Below, piece by piece: positions 58,181 through 64,000 of a stretch of 64,000 nt of DNA. A program made the position numbers and the translations under genes. How positions within the stretch are numbered: the first letter of the stretch is position 1; every line of letters starts with the position of its first letter. Source of the stretch: Nanobdellota archaeon (GTDB taxonomy: Archaea > Nanobdellota > Nanobdellia > Pacearchaeales > GW2011-AR1); contig JBBSXO010000003.1 in assembly GCA_038045705.1 (NCBI GenBank), positions 128,001 through 192,000 of the forward strand, written 5' to 3'. The notes beneath the pieces are model-generated. The model was not told the origin of the DNA. It searched no databases and was given only the letters and a program-made list of their open reading frames with translations.

Positions 58181-60553
58181 TTAATAAATTGTATAAATCT
58201 GCTCCTCAAATGGTAAGTCAACAGAAGAAATATCCATCAAGCTCGTAATATCACTAGCTTTTATTTTATAATTTGAAATTGTATAAAGAACATCATCCAT
58301 AAACAAAGAACGTTGAACATAACCTAAACCATAACCATAGTTATCTTCAAACTTTTTATCCTCGCTTTCATGACTTATCTTTCCCTTAAGTGAAACATCC
58401 TCATCTGTTACTGTGAATGCAAAAGCTCCCTGCCAATACTCCCAATTATTTCCCAACTGTTGAGAATATGTAACTGGAATAACAAGCAAATCACGAGCAT
58501 CATCAAATAAGACTGCCTTATGCTCATATTCAGCTTCTGAATAAGACCAATCACTTTCAACCACATACTTGTCAAGTTCAATTGGATTCTCAAAATCTGA
58601 AACATCAAACAAAGATATTTTCAAACCTTCTGCTCTTCCTTCTTCAGTCGCTTCACGACCTATTCCAAGCAACAAGTCATCTCCAATAGGATGAAGGTAG
58701 TTAGAGAATCCAGTAACTTTCAAGAATCCAAGAACTTCAGGATTTTTAGCATCAGATAAATCTATCACATACAAAGGATCAACTTGTCTAAAAGTAACCA
58801 TATAAGCCTTCTCTCCAACAAAACGAGCAGAGTATATTCTTTCCCCAGAAGCAAGATTTTCAACACTACCAATAATCTCCAAATCTTCACTCAAAACATA
58901 AAGGTGATTAAGAGAATTATCGATGTTACCAAAACTATTTCCAGTAGTTGTTGCAATTCTTAAATTGCTATCAAATTCATCCATTGAAAATTGATTCAAA
59001 ACATACCCTGAAACTTCAGCAGTTCCAGAATAAGAAATATCCATTCCATTTATTCCAATCTTGTGAATTATAGTCTTCTCGTATTGTTTTGAGACTTTCT
59101 CATAATAATCTTTGTTCGCTTCAGCTAAAGATTTCTCAAATTCCTTTTTCTCATCTATTTTCAAAGAATTAAAATAATTCTGAACAACAAGAGCAATTTT
59201 ATCAGATTTTATGTAATATTCACCCTCAGATTTTATAATCTTTTCAGCATCAGATCTAAATTCACCAGGTAAAACCTCCAAGATAACACCTAAGGCATCT
59301 TCTTGAACATCTAAATAATCATAAGTTTTAGAACTTGTCAAATAAACTGAATTTTCTGAAACATAAATAACACTACTGCTTCCCAAAAGAAAAACATCTC
59401 CCTTATACTCCAAACTATCAAGATCAATAGCCATTACAGAAGTAAATATCAGATTAGATTCGTAATAGCCAGGGTAATAAACCCTACTTGCAACAACACT
59501 TTCAACATTATTTCCTGCTTTGAAAAAAGGAATTTCTAGATTAGAAGAATCTACATATTTGTTAGAGATTACATAAATATGTCCATCGATAAGTCTAGCA
59601 GTGTAATAATTTCCATCAATTACAAATGTCTCAAGTAAATTTGGATCTGAAATTAACTCTTTACTGACATCATAAACGTGGATTCTGACTTCAGGATTTG
59701 ATTGTGTAGGAGGAAGTATGTTTTCAGAAACAAAACCAACAGCTTCAGCTCCTCCAAAGCTATAATAGCCATAAGAAGATTCAATTACAATTAGTTTTCC
59801 ATCTTCAACGAAAATTCCATTAACATAATTATCAAACTCAAGTTCTGAAACAATCTTCATTGAATTAGCAGGATAAGCTTCAACAATTATAACTTTATTC
59901 TGATTAACTGTATAAATATACTTACCATCATTTTTTACTATATCTGCTTCATCAACATTAGCAACTTGAATATTTGTATTAGAATAATCAGAAGCAAAAG
60001 ACTCTCCCTTAGCACCAGCTTGAGAAACTAAAGCTCCAGAATCTCCAGAAGTAGCTTCACCACGACCAGCAAACAGACCATATCCATTATCTAAATTTGA
60101 TTTTTCAACATAAGTAACTAAATCTTCATAAGACTCAAATTGTTTTAAATCAGTAGATAAATTATCAGTACTCTTATAATTGTTAAACAATAAAGAAACA
60201 GCGACTATAGCAATCACACCCATCAATAAAATAAAAGGCATAATTCCTTTCATAATCCTTTTAGGAGAAATAATTATCTTTCTATTAGCTACTCTGTAAA
60301 CAGGAGTTTTTTTTCCTTTAACACTCCAAAAAAAATTAGAAGACTTTTCAACAAGCCCTGCATTAATTAACTTCTCCAGATTATAGCCTGTAGTATTAAG
60401 AGGAATATCTAATTTTAAAGCAATATCACTTGCAGTAATCTCCTGTGTAGAAAGCAAATCTAATATCTTTACACATGTCTTATTTGACAAAGCCTCAGCT
60501 ACCAAGCCAGTTCTGGGATCATCTAAATCGATATTTATAAAACTTTTATCCAT
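58181..60553 (-). CDS. ArsR-like HTH + TM helix + extracellular beta-propeller domain fusion
   Basis: N-terminal ALSNKTCVKILDLL...TASDIA..L.IPLNTTGYNLEKLINAGLVE; TM helix; YSNTNIQVANVDEADIVKNDG, LNQFSMDE, GERIYSARF, VTFRQVDPLYVIDL. Confidence 0.88.
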   Translation of the reverse strand: MDKSFINIDLDDPRTGLVAEALSNKTCVKILDLLSTQEITASDIALKLDIPLNTTGYNLEKLINAGLVEKSSNFFWSVKGKKTPVYRVANRKIIISPKRIMKGIMPFILLMGVIAIVAVSLLFNNYKSTDNLSTDLKQFESYEDLVTYVEKSNLDNGYGLFAGRGEATSGDSGALVSQAGAKGESFASDYSNTNIQVANVDEADIVKNDGKYIYTVNQNKVIIVEAYPANSMKIVSELEFDNYVNGIFVEDGKLIVIESSYGYYSFGGAEAVGFVSENILPPTQSNPEVRIHVYDVSKELISDPNLLETFVIDGNYYTARLIDGHIYVISNKYVDSSNLEIPFFKAGNNVESVVASRVYYPGYYESNLIFTSVMAIDLDSLEYKGDVFLLGSSSVIYVSENSVYLTSSKTYDYLDVQEDALGVILEVLPGEFRSDAEKIIKSEGEYYIKSDKIALVVQNYFNSLKIDEKKEFEKSLAEANKDYYEKVSKQYEKTIIHKIGINGMDISYSGTAEVSGYVLNQFSMDEFDSNLRIATTTGNSFGNIDNSLNHLYVLSEDLEIIGSVENLASGERIYSARFVGEKAYMVTFRQVDPLYVIDLSDAKNPEVLGFLKVTGFSNYLHPIGDDLLLGIGREATEEGRAEGLKISLFDVSDFENPIELDKYVVESDWSYSEAEYEHKAVLFDDARDLLVIPVTYSQQLGNNWEYWQGAFAFTVTDEDVSLKGKISHESEDKKFEDNYGYGLGYVQRSLFMDDVLYTISNYKIKASDITSLMDISSVDLPFEEQIYTIY

Positions 60554-60669
60554 GAAATACTCAAAATTCATTAATATATAAATCCCCTCAAAGCTTCGAA
60601 TTAAATTGAACTAAACAATAAATAAGCTGTTCAAAACATTTATATACTACTTAAGAGTTAAACCTATGA

Positions 60670-62085
60670 ATGAAAGGCATCAAATTAAGCCTAGTAATGT
60701 TTTCAATATTTTCTTTATTCATAATAGTCTATTTTAACTCAATTTCGATAGCTAAAGAAGACATAAAAACAAATGTTAACATAGAGTCAGAAGTTTATAA
60801 TCAACTAGAAAAAAATCAAAAAGTAACTGTAATAGTAAAATTAAGAGATAATTTTAAAACAGACAATCTAGATGAAATAAGAGAAATATCAAAACAAAAT
60901 ATAAATAAATTATTAAAAGATTTTAGTTTAGAGTCCAATAACGATCTTGATTTGATATATGAATATGATGCATTTAATGCCTTCGCAGCTAAAGTAGATA
61001 ACATAGAACTTGAAACTCTCAGAAATAACTTAATGATAGAAGAAATTTATGCAGAGAGAATTCTTCAAATTCAACTACAAGAAAGCTTACCTTTAATAAA
61101 TGCCACACAGGCTTGGAATGTTATCACATATCCTTATCCAAATAACAACCTTACAGGTTTTGGTCAGACAGTTTGCCTTATTGATACTGGAGTGGACTAT
61201 ACAAATCCAGCATTAGGGGGTAGTTTGGGAACAAAAGTTATAGGAGGATTTGACTTTGTAAACAATGATCCAGACCCTATGGATGATCAAGGACATGGAA
61301 CACATGTAGCTGGAATAATAGCAGCAAATGGTGTAATAAATAATATTTCTGTAAAGGGTGTAGCTCCTGATGCTAAATTGATAGCAGTTAAAGTTTGTAG
61401 TGCTTCTGGATTTTGCACAAGCACAAACATGATTGCAGGTATGAATCATTGCTTGACTGCAATTAGTCCTAAAAATTTATCTGCAATATCCATGAGCATA
61501 GGAGATGGGGGAAGATACAGCAGTCAAACAAATGTTTGTCCAACATGGATGGATTTTGCAATAAACACAGCTTGGTCAAACAATGTACCTTTAATAGCAG
61601 CTTCAGGGAATCAAGGTTATAAAGATGGAATATCTTATCCAGCCTGCTCTACAAATGCAATATCCGTAGGAGCAACATATGATGCAGACGTTGGCATTTT
61701 TGGTATGCAATGGTTTCAATCTAATGGGGTTCCTCTTTGTGTGGATAGCAGCACAATGGCTCAAGTAGATAAAATTGCTTGTGCATCTAATTCAGGAACA
61801 AACTTAGATTTAGTAGCCCCAGGAGCAAGAATAATTTCGACTGCTTCATCAGTAGGGTTCCAGTGTGGTGCAGGAAATGGAAACTTAATATTTAGTTGTA
61901 GTGGTACATCTCAAGCAGTGCCACATGTGTCTGGAGCAATTGCACTGATAAAACAAGCAAACTCAAGAACAATTGTAACATCAACAGTAATAGAAAAATT
62001 TCTTAAAAGAGGAACATCAAAAATAGTAATTGATCCAGCAAATGGTTTAAGTTTCCCTCGTTTAAGCCTAGAGATACTTCTATAA
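60670..62085 (+). CDS. Secreted subtilisin-like serine protease (S8) with propeptide
   Basis: Signal peptide; IDTGVD, HGTHVAG, AASGN, GTSQAVPHVSG. Confidence 0.95.
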   Translation: MKGIKLSLVMFSIFSLFIIVYFNSISIAKEDIKTNVNIESEVYNQLEKNQKVTVIVKLRDNFKTDNLDEIREISKQNINKLLKDFSLESNNDLDLIYEYDAFNAFAAKVDNIELETLRNNLMIEEIYAERILQIQLQESLPLINATQAWNVITYPYPNNNLTGFGQTVCLIDTGVDYTNPALGGSLGTKVIGGFDFVNNDPDPMDDQGHGTHVAGIIAANGVINNISVKGVAPDAKLIAVKVCSASGFCTSTNMIAGMNHCLTAISPKNLSAISMSIGDGGRYSSQTNVCPTWMDFAINTAWSNNVPLIAASGNQGYKDGISYPACSTNAISVGATYDADVGIFGMQWFQSNGVPLCVDSSTMAQVDKIACASNSGTNLDLVAPGARIISTASSVGFQCGAGNGNLIFSCSGTSQAVPHVSGAIALIKQANSRTIVTSTVIEKFLKRGTSKIVIDPANGLSFPRLSLEILL

Positions 62086-62132
62086 TTATAAGACATAAGA
62101 ATCTTTAAATACCCAAAATCTTAGAAAGTAAT

Positions 62133-62330
62133 ATGAATAAATGGTCTGAACTTCTTGTTGGTCTTATTTTGGTAGTAGGTGCAATACTTGTTGCATATTA
62201 CTCTCAGAATTGGGGTGCATGGAATTTCTGGAACGCTGCAGGAGAATTCTTTAAAGGAGGATTATTCTGGATCATAACAATGATTGGTGTCCTTTTCATA
62301 CTTCTTGGTATTTCTGACTTGAAAAACTAA
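62133..62330 (+). CDS. Small two-TM membrane protein
   Basis: 65 aa, two hydrophobic helices, ends LGISDLKN; own TATA box. Confidence 0.75.
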   Translation: MNKWSELLVGLILVVGAILVAYYSQNWGAWNFWNAAGEFFKGGLFWIITMIGVLFILLGISDLKN

Positions 62331-62369
62331 TAGAGCAATCTTTAAGAATAAAAACTTACTTTAATAAGC

Positions 62370-62630
62370 ATGAAATATATAAAAAAGGGTAAGTTAAAAC
62401 TAGAAGAAGAAAGTGCCCTTTTAGCAAATGAAAGAACATTGTTGTCATATATAAGAACAACATTTTCGGCTCTAATTTTAGGATTTGCATTAATACAATT
62501 GTCAAATCAAAACCATTCAATGTTAAGAGTAGGCATAGCCACAATTATAGGAGGATTTATTCTTGGAATAATAGGGTTTATAGAATTCAAATTACATAAA
62601 AAAAGAATAAAGATAGAAGCAGAAGAATAA
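62370..62630 (+). CDS. DUF202 (YidH-like) membrane protein
   Basis: LANERTLLSYIRT motif. Confidence 0.88.
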   Translation: MKYIKKGKLKLEEESALLANERTLLSYIRTTFSALILGFALIQLSNQNHSMLRVGIATIIGGFILGIIGFIEFKLHKKRIKIEAEE

Positions 62631-62635
62631 ACACA

Positions 62636-63025
62636 TTACCAGACTTCAAGTTTTACAATAATATTCTCAAAGTCTTTTTTATTTCTAGTAATGAGTGTTA
62701 AGTCAAAAGCTTTTGCTATTGAAGCTATCATTAAATCTGGTTCTTGTGTTGTCTTACCCAATTTTCTCAACCTTGAATATTCCTCGCCAAAAAACCTGCA
62801 AGACTCTTGATTAAATCCAATTATTGTAACTGAATTCAAAAAGTTATCAATTACAGCTAATTCATTTTCAGAATTATTGGATAAATAAACTCCTTTGTAT
62901 AATTCACATAAAGTAATAAAAGTAATAAATAAGCCTTCATTTTCTATTTTATTAATAGCTTCAACAACATGAGACTTATTTCTTAGAAAGTCGATTACGA
63001 TATTAGTATCTAAACAATAATTCAT
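62636..63025 (-). CDS. vapC: VapC PIN-domain toxin
   Basis: LDTNIVIDFL...ELYKG...DLMIASIA...ITRNKKDF. Confidence 0.92.
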   Translation of the reverse strand: MNYCLDTNIVIDFLRNKSHVVEAINKIENEGLFITFITLCELYKGVYLSNNSENELAVIDNFLNSVTIIGFNQESCRFFGEEYSRLRKLGKTTQEPDLMIASIAKAFDLTLITRNKKDFENIIVKLEVW

Positions 63026-63252
63026 AAGTTATGGCCTCTTAATTTAAAATTTTTACGATCTGAATATATTTTTTCTTCAATTTCTTTCCACTCATCAGAA
63101 TTATCTTTAAATGCACCAGCAAAATCCATTATACTCTTTTTTTTCTTTCTAGTATTTACTAATTCAACAATAACTTCTGAAAACGATTTCAAACCCTTCA
63201 ATGCCTTCAATTTTGAATACGCTTCATTAGACAAAGAGACCATTTTAACCAT
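63022..63252 (-). CDS. vapB: VapB antitoxin (DUF217-like)
   Basis: MVKMVSLSNEAYSKLKALK..SFSEVI...DFAG. Confidence 0.88.
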   Translation of the reverse strand: MVKMVSLSNEAYSKLKALKGLKSFSEVIVELVNTRKKKKSIMDFAGAFKDNSDEWKEIEEKIYSDRKNFKLRGHNL

Positions 63253-63338
63253 GTATCTCTATATGTATATGTATATATAAACATTTCTACTAAGCCAAAC
63301 ACAATAATCCCTATAAACTTCAACAAGTCTAATTCTAA

Positions 63339-64000
63339 ATGTCAAATGTCTGTAAAACTTGTTTTGAAGAAGATTGTGACAAACACAGTTTCTTTATAGG
63401 TAAACCAGTAAAAATCCAAAACTTCAGTGGATCAACACCTCCAGAGATATTTGTTGGAAAATGGAATTACCCTAATGTATACACTGGAATCTTAGCACCT
63501 CAAGAAACTGGAGATACAAGTATAATGTCTTCTCCTGAATCATGGCATGAAAATAAACTCTCAATTTCACAAATAGTAGACTATAGAAATCAACTAATTT
63601 ATGGTAGAACTCAATCTAATATAAAAAAGTTAGAAAGTAAATTCTTAGGAGTAATGAAAGAAGTTGCAATGACTCATAAATCAGTTATAACTGAATTTCA
63701 TCTAAAAAAACCAGTAACTGCTAACAAAGAACAAGATGATAGAAGCCCCCTAATACCTAAAGCAGCAGAAATAGAAAAAGCAGAATTACAAGAAAATGCG
63801 CCAGTAAAACCCAAAGTAGATTATTTAGTAAATGATAAAGAAACAAAATCATCATTGGCAATTCAAGAACTACATAAAGCAAACACACAAACATCTACAA
63901 TAATAAAAATTCTATCTGCAGGACTTTTAGGTTTAAAAAAGAATAGAAGACTAGTCCCAACAAGATGGTCTATAACTGCAGTAGACGATACTATATCAAA
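63339..64000 (+). CDS. nreA: Nre family DNA repair protein, truncated by the window edge; not in ORF track
   Basis: Manual translation: MSNVCKTC...GSTPPEIFVGKWNYPNV...LSAGLLGLKKNRRLVPTRWSITAVDD. Confidence 0.9.
   Translation, partial: MSNVCKTCFEEDCDKHSFFIGKPVKIQNFSGSTPPEIFVGKWNYPNVYTGILAPQETGDTSIMSSPESWHENKLSISQIVDYRNQLIYGRTQSNIKKLESKFLGVMKEVAMTHKSVITEFHLKKPVTANKEQDDRSPLIPKAAEIEKAELQENAPVKPKVDYLVNDKETKSSLAIQELHKANTQTSTIIKILSAGLLGLKKNRRLVPTRWSITAVDDTIS

Noticed and set aside
825-62544. Many short antisense or alternate-frame ORFs in the track (e.g. 825-1016, 17037-17360, 20875-21192, 23415-23774, 33751-34014)
   Set aside because: Shadows of longer genes with recognisable motifs; no independent evidence.

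Overview
AT-rich, densely coded archaeal chromosome segment. Gene content (MCM, aRF1, aIF2-beta, aIF1A, NAC, GatDE, DHS, Sec61-beta, FtsZ, MinD) and style (reduced proteins, TATA box about 22-25 nt before mostly leaderless starts) suggest a DPANN archaeon, probably Pacearchaeota/Woesearchaeota-like (inference). The backbone is translation genes: MetRS, ValRS, AspRS, ProRS, GatA/B/C, GatD/E and three tRNAs, one with a 24-nt intron. Seven type II toxin-antitoxin loci and several lone accessory enzymes are interspersed. Best candidates for new biology: (1) two tandem giant surface proteins sharing a C-terminal stalk/anchor but carrying different N-terminal payloads; (2) two small genes missed by the ORF track, a CC1-like chromatin protein and a 25-aa K/S/R/A-only basic peptide, the latter next to a methyltransferase broken by one in-frame TAG; (3) an HTH-TM-beta-propeller membrane regulator divergent from a subtilase; (4) an intron-bearing tRNA-Asn followed by a free-standing HNH nuclease. 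No CRISPR array, rRNA, integrase or transposase was seen. All family calls come from recognising motifs by eye; no searches were run.
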